Shown: positions 1 to 8,732 of the stretch, piece after piece
Numbering within the stretch: the stretch's first letter is position 1
Layout: every line of letters starts with the position of its first letter
NCBI GenBank assembly: GCA_003345595.1
Contig: PRDI01000011.1
Coordinates: 1-38,244, forward strand
Source of the DNA: Candidatus Thorarchaeota archaeon
Lineage (GTDB): Archaea; Asgardarchaeota; Thorarchaeia; Thorarchaeales; Thorarchaeaceae
DNA: 38,244 bases
Direction: 5' to 3'
Made by a program: the position numbers and the translations under genes
Notes under the pieces: model-generated
The model's database searches: none
Seen by the model: only the letters and a program-made list of their open reading frames with translations
Told to the model about the DNA's origin: nothing

Positions 1-68
1 GAAACGATGCTGACACATGCCATCACGTTTTCTGGGGGTGTCGGAATGAACGGGCTAATCCATGACAG
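1..68 (-). CDS. Possible 5' end of a gene running off the left edge (SAM-methyltransferase-like N-terminus)
   Basis: The minus-strand frame from 68 reads LSWISPFIPTPPENVMACVSIV and stays open to the edge. PF(I/V)PTP resembles the start of small class I methyltransferases. An in-frame TGA lies at 78-80, so the start would have to be CTG at 68 or a later GTG/ATG. Confidence 0.25.
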   Translation of the reverse strand, partial: MSWISPFIPTPPENVMACVSIV

Positions 69-156
69 AAAGCTACATCACGCCCTATTCCTCTCAGCAA
101 CCCAATTATGGACGGCACTTCGCTGACCTCGATGACCAAGCGGCCCAACACATGCC

Positions 157-489
157 GTGACCACGGGGGGCTCTAATCTGACTGTTGTCAAAGGCACGAT
201 TCGGGAAATCGGCAGGACCATAACCACCAGGGTGAGCGCACAGAGGTGGTACGGTTCCACCAAAATCGTTGTCCAAGATGAGACCTCACGCAAGACTTAC
301 GACGTCATCATCTCTTCCTATGTATTGGACAAATGCAGATTCCTGCCGCGCGTAGGAATGCGTGTGATAATCCACGGCTATGTCGAGGAGGCAGAGTCGG
401 GCCTCTCGGATTTTGTTGTGACAAGAGTCACGCATATCAAACACGAAGGCGAAGGTATCCTTGGCGTCCATCGGTTTGATGAGGATTGA
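157..489 (+). CDS. Small single-domain OB-fold-like protein
   Basis: 110 aa, beta-rich, with the pattern VKGTIREI...IVVQDETS...VGMRVIIHGYV typical of OB folds. It converges on the next gene. Confidence 0.6.
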   Translation: MTTGGSNLTVVKGTIREIGRTITTRVSAQRWYGSTKIVVQDETSRKTYDVIISSYVLDKCRFLPRVGMRVIIHGYVEEAESGLSDFVVTRVTHIKHEGEGILGVHRFDED

Positions 490-527
490 CCTTCCGCATA
501 AAGGAGAGGAGAACCATCTCGGTTACT

Positions 528-827
528 CTATCCACGCGGCTCGATTATGAACCGAGGTTCTATAATCCACTCGGATTTGCACTTGGGACACTTGGATGGT
601 TTCTTGGCTGACGAACGACTCGTGAATGTGTAACCACATTTGGCGCAACTCGCAGGCTTGATTAGCAGTTCCCTGCCCTCAATCCTCACAGAGCGAGCGA
701 TGTGCTCTAAATCCTCATTCACAATTGAGTTGCTCTCGAGCTTAAGTCGTTCACGGATTTCCTGAGCCGTCAACGGAACATCGGTCTGTTTCAATAGATT
801 CTCAATCTCCTGTCTTCGGGTTGACAT
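528..827 (-). CDS. Archaeal transcriptional regulator, HTH fused to Zn-ribbon (COG3357-like)
   Basis: The likely start is ATG 827 (MSTRRQEIENLL). It has an HTH region (LTAQEI...EDLEHIARS) then PASCAKCGY and PSKCPKCKSEWI, two CxxC pairs. Confidence 0.9.
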   Translation of the reverse strand: MSTRRQEIENLLKQTDVPLTAQEIRERLKLESNSIVNEDLEHIARSVRIEGRELLIKPASCAKCGYTFTSRSSAKKPSKCPKCKSEWIIEPRFIIEPRG

Positions 828-974
828 TCCTAGTGCTCTCCTTTCTGACCTGAAGCAAGTAAGCAGTGCCTTGCTGTTCAATCTTTTGAACGTGGTGTTT
901 CAAACGTAGAGTCATATCGATCGTATGATACTACTTGGAACGGGACAATCGCAGTGAAAGAGTATTCTACAGAC

Positions 975-1688
975 ATGAGGACCACAGTGTATGCATCAAT
1001 CGTGGTTGCCGTTGTCCTTGCCTCTGGCATCCTGATGACGTCGATCTTGATACCGGGCGGAAACACGACCACGACTACTTCGACAACGACCAATACGACA
1101 ACGCCGGGACAGGGACACGGAGCTCTTGCTGTCCAGTATCTTGAGAGCAGACGCAATGACGTGCTCTTCTACTGGATGTGCAACTCCACGTTTGTCAATG
1201 GGAACCTCACGGAATACTATCGCCTGTCATCACCGAACGCATTCGTGGACGGAGTCTTCCTAAGACGAGGGGCTATGAACACCATCAATGTCCTTTTTGC
1301 GCCCTACGACCTGAACATCACTGGCCAAGGCACGATATCCGAAGCGGACTGGACCTTGCTTAGCGGATCACTCATCAATGATAGCATCGGGCCGATGGAT
1401 GACGCTCTTTCGCACCCTGAGTACTTTCCAAGCACCTGGCCAATCGACTTCTTCGTGGACATCTACTTCAACGATAATACCTTCTTCTACCTAGGCTATA
1501 CCAAGAGCGATGGATTTGCCTTCATCCAGAATGGCACCTGGTCTGGCGGCTACGGCCCGAATGGGTGGCCAGAAATAACTGGTTTCATTGGCTCTGGCTA
1601 TTGGCTCATAGAAGGCGGTCACTTGCATGATGCACTGGTTGACATGTACACTACAATAACACAGTCAGTGCAATATCCAGGTCCGTGA
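975..1688 (+). CDS. Membrane-anchored or secreted protein with Thr-rich linker, probable glycoprotein
   Basis: The N-terminal hydrophobic helix VYASIVVAVVLASGILMTSILI is followed by NTTTTTSTTTNTTTP and an aromatic/Gly-rich extracellular domain with 7 N-x-S/T sequons. The ORF opens at GTG 954; ATG 975 is preferred. Confidence 0.8.
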   Translation: MRTTVYASIVVAVVLASGILMTSILIPGGNTTTTTSTTTNTTTPGQGHGALAVQYLESRRNDVLFYWMCNSTFVNGNLTEYYRLSSPNAFVDGVFLRRGAMNTINVLFAPYDLNITGQGTISEADWTLLSGSLINDSIGPMDDALSHPEYFPSTWPIDFFVDIYFNDNTFFYLGYTKSDGFAFIQNGTWSGGYGPNGWPEITGFIGSGYWLIEGGHLHDALVDMYTTITQSVQYPGP

Positions 1689-1746
1689 CAGCCTTCATAA
1701 GCACACGACCAAGCTCTGGATTGGGGCTTGCCCGAGGCACAAGACG

Positions 1747-2193
1747 GTGAGCGAGGACGAGTACAAGGAGCGAATCGCAGAACTCCTCAAGGGCAAGACA
1801 ATGGGTGTCTATGCGCTACTTGTAACGCATGGCCCTCTCGGAGTGCGTGACGTGCAGCGGGCGTTACACTTCTCGAGTCCTAGTCTCGCCCTCCACCACT
1901 TGAACAAGCTACTCGAGGCAGAGCTCGTGGCAAAGGACGCCTACGGGGTCTACTCAGTGGCCAAGCAGGTGAGAGTCGGCTCCCTTTCACTCTTCGTCAA
2001 AATAGGAAGCCGACTGATGCCACGCTACTTCTTCATGTTGACTCTGTTTTCCACGATGCTGCTTCTGTACTTCGTTTTCTTCATGTCGTGGCCTCCAGAG
2101 GGCAAAGATATCATGTATCTCGCATTAAGCGTGACTGCAATCGCTCTCCTGCTCTACGAGGCAAGACGCATGTGGCTCCTCAAGCCTTTCTGA
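1747..2193 (+). CDS. Winged-HTH regulator with two C-terminal transmembrane helices
   Basis: wHTH signature GPLGVRDVQRALHFSSPSLALHHLNKLLEAELVAKDAYGVY, then two hydrophobic segments. Confidence 0.85.
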   Translation: MSEDEYKERIAELLKGKTMGVYALLVTHGPLGVRDVQRALHFSSPSLALHHLNKLLEAELVAKDAYGVYSVAKQVRVGSLSLFVKIGSRLMPRYFFMLTLFSTMLLLYFVFFMSWPPEGKDIMYLALSVTAIALLLYEARRMWLLKPF

Positions 2194-2252
2194 TTCCATG
2201 CTCTCCCCAGTTCTAGCGGGATAAGCATAAACTGACATGTCCATATACTTAG

Positions 2253-3563
2253 ATGCATACAAAGATACGAGGACAAAAACGCCCATCTCCAGAGGAATCG
2301 ATATCTTTGCCACAGACTCACCTAGAGCCCACGAAGAGAGGAGGACAATCCTTCGATGAGCGAGTGTGCTCTAGGTGTATGGGACACCGAGCACTATGTG
2401 GAGTCACGCCATGTCCCCTTCTCATGCGAGCCAAGACGCTCGTGAACATCGACAAGGCGGTTCCTGATCTGAACTTGGAGGGCTCATCGCCCCCCGCGGT
2501 ATTCGTGGGCGCCTATGGATATCCGAAGGTTCTTGCCGGTCCTCTTGTACCTCCATTAAGAGGTGATGAGACAGCTCTCATGGAGAGACCCGACCTCTGG
2601 CTTGACAAGACCCTCGATCAGATCCTGGCATATCGATTTAGTCTTATCCGGACGAAGAAGTCTATCCCAGTGGACGCCGCGGTAGACCCTCCGAAACTGT
2701 TGGCTGAAACGCAGACTTTGGCACTATCAGACTCACCTACTCCATCAGAGGCTCTGCTGATTAAGAGACCATCATTCACGAGTGTTTTCACAGGCCGCAC
2801 CCTGCCTGTGGGACCCTCTGCACCGCTCAAGTCTTTCAGGCTAGAGGACAACCCCGACGTACCGAAGTCTGTTGACAGAGTCACGTCTGACACCGATCTG
2901 AAGGCAGGACCTGCGGTGCTGGACCTGTTCAACGAGGGAATACGCCAAGAACATGTGACAAGACTCCTCTCTGTGGGCCTACTTGGTCTTCGTAAATCCC
3001 GCAAGCTCGTTCCGACCCAATGGAGCATAACGGCGGTCGACGACATCGCCGGGAAGAGCCTCCACAGACAGGTATTGCGACTCCCATTGTTGAACGACTA
3101 TCTGGTCTACACGGGATATGCTCTCGGCAATACTGTTGCGCTCCTGTTTCTGCCTACAGCTTGGCAGTTCGAGGCGCTTGAGTGCTGGCTTGGTGGCCCC
3201 AACCCTCCCGTAATGTCAGACCACGAGTGGTTCAAGGGCCGCAAAGACTATGCTAGTGTCATAGTAGGAGCGTACTATGCTACAAGACTCCCGGCACTCG
3301 AGCGGCTGAGGGACACTGGACGGCAAGCCGGAGTTGTAGTGTTCATGGAAGTTGACCCCACAAAGTGGGTGCCCCTCGGAGTGTGGCGGTTTAGAGAGAT
3401 TGCCCGTCGTGCATTGTCCGAACGACCCAAGAAGTTCTCAACACTTGATGAAGCAGTCACGGAAGTAGGGCTTCATCTTAGGAATCCGGTACAACGTTGG
3501 CTGGCGGCAAGCAGGATTTACTCTGAACTGTCATCACAGACACATCTGACTGAGTTCCTGTGA
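2253..3563 (+). CDS. nreA: Archaeal DNA repair protein NreA (Nre family)
   Basis: N-terminal CSRCMG..LCG..PCP Zn motif; GSSPPAVFVGAYGYPKV; RKLVPTQWSITAVDD; GAYYATRL; PLGVW; C-terminal PIP box QTHLTEFL. The true start may be somewhat downstream. Confidence 0.93.
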   Translation: MHTKIRGQKRPSPEESISLPQTHLEPTKRGGQSFDERVCSRCMGHRALCGVTPCPLLMRAKTLVNIDKAVPDLNLEGSSPPAVFVGAYGYPKVLAGPLVPPLRGDETALMERPDLWLDKTLDQILAYRFSLIRTKKSIPVDAAVDPPKLLAETQTLALSDSPTPSEALLIKRPSFTSVFTGRTLPVGPSAPLKSFRLEDNPDVPKSVDRVTSDTDLKAGPAVLDLFNEGIRQEHVTRLLSVGLLGLRKSRKLVPTQWSITAVDDIAGKSLHRQVLRLPLLNDYLVYTGYALGNTVALLFLPTAWQFEALECWLGGPNPPVMSDHEWFKGRKDYASVIVGAYYATRLPALERLRDTGRQAGVVVFMEVDPTKWVPLGVWRFREIARRALSERPKKFSTLDEAVTEVGLHLRNPVQRWLAASRIYSELSSQTHLTEFL

Positions 3564-5137
3564 CGACGGGCGATTTAAGAAGCGGTGACCAGAGCGAGAT
3601 AGCAGAGGAAACCAGAGTGCTGTACGAGCGACTATGCAGGGTGAGTTCGAAGCTGCCTCTGTTTGCTCGACTTGCATCCAGAAGAAAGGACAAGGATCTG
3701 TCTCGCGCTGTGAGGTTTCTTGCTCCAAGAATGAAACTAACGGACAAGGGTGTCGTTTCTGCGGCCTACTTCTTGCCAGTTGTCCTGGGTTTCACCATGG
3801 TCTGGTTTATGTCGTTCATCAGGATAGGTTTCCTGGCTGCAGTTTCTTTGTCTGCAATAGCAGCAATCGTTGTTTACTATCTCGTGATTTCATATCCGGT
3901 TTCGCTGATGAACAGCTACCGGATTGGCCTCTCAGAGGAGGCGGACGTAGTCTTCGAACAGTTCCTACTTGTCTTCCAGTCTGGCGGCACTCTCTTCGAT
4001 GCAATCGAGATGGTGGCCCAATCAGACCATCCATATCTGTCAAAGGCATTCCAGAACGTGCTCCAGAAGATTAGCGACGGCGTTCCTCCCGAAACATGCA
4101 TCGCGGAACTTGCAAGAGATCAACCGTCCGAAGACCTTAGGAGATACCTCCTAGCAGTCATCTCATCTCTTGAAAGAAAGACCGACCTACTAGAGCTGCT
4201 ATCAGGAGAGTCGTTTGAGGCAGACCTTGCACTTCGTCAGAAGAACCTTGAACTCGAGAGCAGACTTCTCATAGTTTCGGCACTCACAACATACATCCCC
4301 ATGATGTTCGTTCTCGCGGCGTCTCTCGCGGGCTACGTGACAAACCCCCTCATAGTACTGGCAGCACCAATGTTCATAGGGCTCAGCGTGCTGTTGAGGT
4401 CGCGTTTCTCCATTCAGTTTTCTGCCTACTTCGATAGGCCAAGAAAATCGGGGCCCCTAGCGCCTAGCCAGAAGGAGATTGTTGCCGAGTATGATGAGTT
4501 CTTGGATTTCCTGATGCTGCTAGGAGAAAGGCTGCGCACTGGCGACACGCTGGAGAGAGCTCTTCCTGCGGTGCGAGATCAGGTCGGTCCAGAGGTCCAG
4601 CGACTGATTGACCCTGCCATCGGATCTGTCTACTGGCGCAGTTTCAGTACAAAGGAAGCTATGTCCATCGCCGCAGGGCTAGCACTGGGACAGAGGGTTT
4701 CAAGAATGATGGGGATCATCTCTCTCATGTGCGAAACATCAGCCCTCCAAGCAGGTGAGCGGCTCACACAGATTGCCGCACGACTCATCAAACGTTCAGC
4801 CGTCGCCAAAGAGCGAGACTCCATACTCGCAGCCCAAAAACTGAAAGTGTACTTACTCAACTTCACGAGTTCTGTCGTGTTGGGGCTCTTGACCTCATTG
4901 TCCCCATTCCTGTTCATTGGAGGACTGTTGAGCGGAGGGCCGGGCTGGGGAATGGACGGACACACGTTGCTCGAGATGCTTCCTCTTGTCCTAACACTAG
5001 TGATGACTACTGTGTCTACAGGTTTTCAGAACACAAAGATGGTTGGCGGTGGACACCCATGGCTGGCCGGTCTAGTGTGCTGCATGCTCTACGCAGCGGC
5101 CTTTGCTCTGTCGTCAGTAGTCCTCGGCCTAGCGTGA
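3560..5137 (+). CDS. Type II secretion/type IV pilus/archaellum platform membrane protein (T2SSF, TadBC/ArlJ-like)
   Basis: Two repeats of a cytoplasmic T2SSF-like domain (FQSGGTLFDAIEMVA...YLSKAF...ISDG and LRTGDTLERAL), each followed by TM helices. Its GTG overlaps the nreA TGA. Confidence 0.75.
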   Translation: MTTGDLRSGDQSEIAEETRVLYERLCRVSSKLPLFARLASRRKDKDLSRAVRFLAPRMKLTDKGVVSAAYFLPVVLGFTMVWFMSFIRIGFLAAVSLSAIAAIVVYYLVISYPVSLMNSYRIGLSEEADVVFEQFLLVFQSGGTLFDAIEMVAQSDHPYLSKAFQNVLQKISDGVPPETCIAELARDQPSEDLRRYLLAVISSLERKTDLLELLSGESFEADLALRQKNLELESRLLIVSALTTYIPMMFVLAASLAGYVTNPLIVLAAPMFIGLSVLLRSRFSIQFSAYFDRPRKSGPLAPSQKEIVAEYDEFLDFLMLLGERLRTGDTLERALPAVRDQVGPEVQRLIDPAIGSVYWRSFSTKEAMSIAAGLALGQRVSRMMGIISLMCETSALQAGERLTQIAARLIKRSAVAKERDSILAAQKLKVYLLNFTSSVVLGLLTSLSPFLFIGGLLSGGPGWGMDGHTLLEMLPLVLTLVMTTVSTGFQNTKMVGGGHPWLAGLVCCMLYAAAFALSSVVLGLA

Positions 5138-5216
5138 TAAATGGCTCTAGGGGGTATCGGCTTCTCTGAGAATACTTTTTTAGCCAAGATGCGAATGCCC
5201 CAGTCACTTAAGTGAG

Positions 5217-5876
5217 GTGTATACCATGCAGTTTGGCATCTTCGATCTCAGCCTCGGCCAGATTATGGCTTACTTCTATAGCGATTGGGTCGTTGGCTGG
5301 GTACTGATAATATCAGGAATCATTACCGCGGCTTGGCTCCTAGAGCGGGTCGTTGATGTGATTCCAATAGTGGGCGACTTTCTGAGGTTGCTTGTCCACA
5401 TAGGGACCCACGTAGGATTCATTGTAGGGTTCCTCGACATGCTAGTGGGTTACGTAGTCTGGACAGCCCAACCCCAAGCGACGATAGTGGCTGCAGCCTT
5501 GGTCATCACGGGCTTTACGCTCGTCATGAGAGTCCTCTCGAAGTTCCCGATAGCATTTGTATTCGCAGCGGCCGTCGCTGGTTTCGGCACTTTCACTCTT
5601 TACGGTGTCCTCAAACCATACGCAGGTGGACTCTTCGACGTGTATGGAATCATCACGCAGATTGTTTCACTAAAAGGAATGGTGGTTATTTTCATAATCA
5701 TATTCTGCGTCATCTATGTCCTTGGAGGACTCCTCATCAAGCTGATCCAGCTCATAGGAAAGGTGTTTGCGGCAGCACCGGTCAGCGTGCTGATTGGTTT
5801 GGCCTGCATTGCGATTGGCGCGATAGTTATTCTCGCTCCGACTTTGCTGAATCTGGTTGCATGGCCTACGCCGTGA
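5217..5876 (+). CDS. Polytopic membrane protein, unknown function
   Basis: 219 aa with about 6 hydrophobic segments. A pyrimidine-rich tract follows the stop. Confidence 0.75.
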   Translation: MYTMQFGIFDLSLGQIMAYFYSDWVVGWVLIISGIITAAWLLERVVDVIPIVGDFLRLLVHIGTHVGFIVGFLDMLVGYVVWTAQPQATIVAAALVITGFTLVMRVLSKFPIAFVFAAAVAGFGTFTLYGVLKPYAGGLFDVYGIITQIVSLKGMVVIFIIIFCVIYVLGGLLIKLIQLIGKVFAAAPVSVLIGLACIAIGAIVILAPTLLNLVAWPTP

Positions 5877-5895
5877 GAGTCTGGGGTTTATGACC

Positions 5896-5926
5896 CCTCT
5901 CTCTTCTTTTCTTCCTTCTCGCTTTA
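5896..5926 (+). terminator. Pyrimidine/oligo-T tract between convergent genes, possible archaeal terminator
   Basis: cctctctcttcttttcttccttctcgcttta lies 20 nt after the 5876 stop. Confidence 0.35.
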
Positions 5927-5928
5927 TA

Positions 5929-6216
5929 CTAGCCTTCAGACTCGGGAGTGTCAGAGCATCGGGGTCTGATTTCCCTGAAGAGCAGGACTTTCACCTTACT
6001 CTCTCTGAAGCGCTGAGCTGTGTCCCCCATATTCTCTTCGGCGGCAGCGATGCTCGAAAACCAGATTGATGAATACAAATGCTTCCCTGGAACCTCCGGT
6101 TCGCTTTCCCTAAGCGTGTAGCCATCAGGTGGGTCGTAACCATCGGGCAGGAGAAGCATGACTCGGAATGAGTTGGTTGTTTCCTGCATCTCAAGCCAAA
6201 ACTCGCAATACGACAA
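5929..6216 (-). CDS. Hypothetical protein
   Basis: 95 aa with protein-like composition, filling the gap opposite 5876. The start may be ATG 6189. Confidence 0.55.
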   Translation of the reverse strand: MSYCEFWLEMQETTNSFRVMLLLPDGYDPPDGYTLRESEPEVPGKHLYSSIWFSSIAAAEENMGDTAQRFRESKVKVLLFREIRPRCSDTPESEG

Positions 6217-6478
6217 TGCTGGAACCTAATGGGTCTAGCACATTTGGGCGGTTAAGCCTTGCTGGTTCTGACATCCCACTGCGTACAGACCTACTCCATT
6301 TCTGCCAACTGCAACACGTGGAGGCGCACATCGTGTGCCCTTCATCAGCTGCCAATCGCCCAAAGGATTCATATAATAGAGAGCACAGCCCATCGCCGAA
6401 CAGTAGTGAATATGGAATAATCATCCCTGTATTTGCGGAGAAAGGTACAGGGACAGATGCTCCGGAGGCAGGTCACAC

Positions 6479-7081
6479 TTGGCTGGAAGAACTGGAGATC
6501 TCACAAAGAAAGTGACAGAGGAGAAGAGGGGCAGGAAGAGAAGACGGACTGACGAGAAAAAGGAGATAATCAGCGTAACCATGAATGAATCGCTCGTGGG
6601 GCGCATTGACGAGTTGGTCAGACTTGAGGCCGGCCGCTCGCGAGCCCAACTCATAGAGAACGCTGTTCGCTGGTATCTCGATTTCACTGTCCACAAATGG
6701 AGCGAGAGGGGCATCTACGTGAACTCTTGCCGCTCGGCCATTGAGTCCGACACTCTGTCTTCACTTTTCTTCTCCAGACTCACTCCCACGGACCAGTATG
6801 AGCTGGGTGTAACAGCTGGCTCACAGGCTCCAGTAGCAGATGTAGTGAAGCTCTTCCACGGTAAGGACCCACACAGTGAGTCAAATCGCGGGCTCGTGCT
6901 CAGGCTCCTTCAGGAACATGGCTGGGGCGTCATATCGCATCATGATGACCTGATCGTAGTCGGTAGTCCCTTCTATCCGGCTCCGTTCATCAAGGGATAC
7001 CTCGAGTCGCTTCTTCGCGTCCAACTCGATGTGGTCGAAACAAACACGAAGGACAATGCAGCTTTCAGAATCGTAAAGTAG
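6479..7081 (+). CDS. Ribbon-helix-helix (CopG-like) regulator fused to a V4R/Bet3-like ligand-binding domain
   Basis: RHH pattern ISVTMNESLVGRIDELV..EAGRSRAQLIENAVRWYL. The C-terminal YELGVTAG...LQEHGWG...FIKGYLESLL resembles the V4R/NO-signalling-Golgi transport fold. The start may be GTG 6512. Confidence 0.75.
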   Translation: MAGRTGDLTKKVTEEKRGRKRRRTDEKKEIISVTMNESLVGRIDELVRLEAGRSRAQLIENAVRWYLDFTVHKWSERGIYVNSCRSAIESDTLSSLFFSRLTPTDQYELGVTAGSQAPVADVVKLFHGKDPHSESNRGLVLRLLQEHGWGVISHHDDLIVVGSPFYPAPFIKGYLESLLRVQLDVVETNTKDNAAFRIVK

Positions 7082-7126
7082 AGCCAGCTAAGTGACACAA
7101 CAGGGCATCGCAGCAGTGTGCCAGAA

Positions 7127-7552
7127 TCACCACTCAACGCCTTTCTCCAGGATCTCGAACTCGCTCTCGTACAACCCCGGTATGCCCTCGATGGTCTGTC
7201 TAATCTGGGCTTCCTTTTCTCTGATTGCATCTGCCGCAAAATACACCTCGTACACGCACCTGTTCTGCTCATAGCAGAACCCTGTCGTGAAAAGCACCTT
7301 GAGGTCATGCTGCTTGAAGAGATGAGTCATGGTCTGCATCAGCGCAGGGTTCACCTTCTCGACCTCGAGCCTGACCCTTGCGCCACTCTCTTTGACCATG
7401 GGAATGAGGCGGATCTCACCAGAGCGCTCGAAGTAGATCACCATCGCCGCCTTCATATCACCAACGGCAGGGTTTGAGAAGAAGCTCTCTGGCAGACTGA
7501 TTTGCGGCTTCTTTTTAACGTCGGCAATCATTCCTTTCGTCAGTCCCGGCAA
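7127..7552 (-). CDS. ACT-like (ferredoxin-fold) domain protein
   Basis: The C-terminal beta-alpha-beta-beta-alpha-beta pattern (RVRLEV..NPALMQTMTHLFKQHDLKVLFTTG..CVYEVYF..IRQTIEGIPGL) is ACT-like. Confidence 0.6.
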   Translation of the reverse strand: MPGLTKGMIADVKKKPQISLPESFFSNPAVGDMKAAMVIYFERSGEIRLIPMVKESGARVRLEVEKVNPALMQTMTHLFKQHDLKVLFTTGFCYEQNRCVYEVYFAADAIREKEAQIRQTIEGIPGLYESEFEILEKGVEW

Positions 7553-7617
7553 TAGAATCGCCTCGCTCCTCGCAAAAAGTGAAGCTCTTTGGGGTTTATT
7601 TACCTTCGTACGATTGG

Positions 7618-8547
7618 CTACCCAGCAGTCATGATTGCAGCCAGTATCATGATTGCTCCGACTGCCACTGGAAGGGTCAGCGGTTCACCGAGGAGGAGAA
7701 CGGCTAGGACAACAGCGACCGCTGATTGGAGCAAGATGTAGACAGCCGATGAAGAGCCTCCGAGCTGACGGAGGGCTTCGTAGTAGACCAGGTATCCGAC
7801 ACCTATCGACATCACCCCCAAATACACGATGCCAAGCCATGGTTCGGGCATTGCAAGCTGTGCAGGGTCGATCTTTCCGAGAACAAGAACAGCTATCCCT
7901 AGGGTCGCTACTGTGTAGACTGCATTTCCCGCAGCAAGACGAAGAGGCCTGTGAACTTGAACAAGTGCACTCTGAGCGAGGATTATCCAGAAGGCCCACA
8001 GAGCTCCTGCGCCGATTGCGAACAGGTTACCTATGAACTGTCCCCCGGTCAACTGTTCAAGCTCACCCCTAGTTGCGATAAGAGCAGCGCCGGCAATTCC
8101 GACAACAAGGCCACCTACCTTACGAGCGGCGAAATGCTCCTTTAGAAGTGCCCATGCAATCAGGGGCACGAAAGGTAGACTGATGTTCACAAGCAGGCTA
8201 GTGTTGACGGCGGTCGTCAAAGATAAGGCCATGTACTGGCATATGTACGCAAGTCCATTGATGACTCCTACAGCGACAACTCTTCGCATCTGCAGCAAAT
8301 GCTCGCCAGAAGGAGGACCTTCCTCGTGCTTCTGACTCTGCAACCCTACAGTCAGAACAATCATTCCGATCACGTTCTCAAGGAATGCGAACAGGATCGG
8401 ATCCATAAAAGACACTCCCACTCTGCCCACCACGAAGGAAGTCCCCCATATGGTACCAGCCACTAACATAAGCATACGAGCGCGCACTAACGGTTTCATG
8501 GTAGGCAATCCGCCTTCTGGACGTCCAAACCGCTCAGTCTGTCCCAC
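7618..8547 (-). CDS. EamA/DMT family transporter
   Basis: About 10 TM helices; IWGTSF, ALSLTTAVNTSLL, LLKE and LLGE repeats. The start may be ATG 8499. Confidence 0.92.
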   Translation of the reverse strand: MGQTERFGRPEGGLPTMKPLVRARMLMLVAGTIWGTSFVVGRVGVSFMDPILFAFLENVIGMIVLTVGLQSQKHEEGPPSGEHLLQMRRVVAVGVINGLAYICQYMALSLTTAVNTSLLVNISLPFVPLIAWALLKEHFAARKVGGLVVGIAGAALIATRGELEQLTGGQFIGNLFAIGAGALWAFWIILAQSALVQVHRPLRLAAGNAVYTVATLGIAVLVLGKIDPAQLAMPEPWLGIVYLGVMSIGVGYLVYYEALRQLGGSSSAVYILLQSAVAVVLAVLLLGEPLTLPVAVGAIMILAAIMTAG

Positions 8548-8674
8548 TCATAAAGGGTGGGAATTGAGTCAAACGCCGTCCGCATTGCGAGGAACGTTCC
8601 TATCTCATATCGACAAAGATCAGCCTGCAAGCCCTGAAGGGCAGGCAGGCCCGAGGCACTAATCATCCAGTTGA

Positions 8675-8686
8675 CAATCTTTATAT
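8675..8686 (+). promoter_or_regulatory. Putative BRE/TATA of rpo5
   Basis: CAATCTTTATAT ends 47 nt before ATG 8733. The same 10-mer CAATCTTTAT recurs at 12770. Confidence 0.5.
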
Positions 8687-8732
8687 GGGCTCTAACAGCG
8701 CGGACCTTTACTCTTCCTCGGGTGCTTGTGAC

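Noticed and set aside
1063-1104. Short tandem repeat or CRISPR-like array
   Set aside because: It is a run of ACN codons encoding the Thr-rich linker, with no repeat-spacer structure.
5204-5215. Perfect 12-bp palindrome TCACTTAAGTGA
   Set aside because: It is a single occurrence overlapping the RBS/start region, and one such palindrome is plausible by chance in 38 kb.
6168-6515. 115-aa ORF and the opposite 77-aa ORF in the 6217-6478 gap
   Set aside because: Neither has recognisable motifs and they overlap neighbouring starts. The gap is more likely a divergent promoter region.
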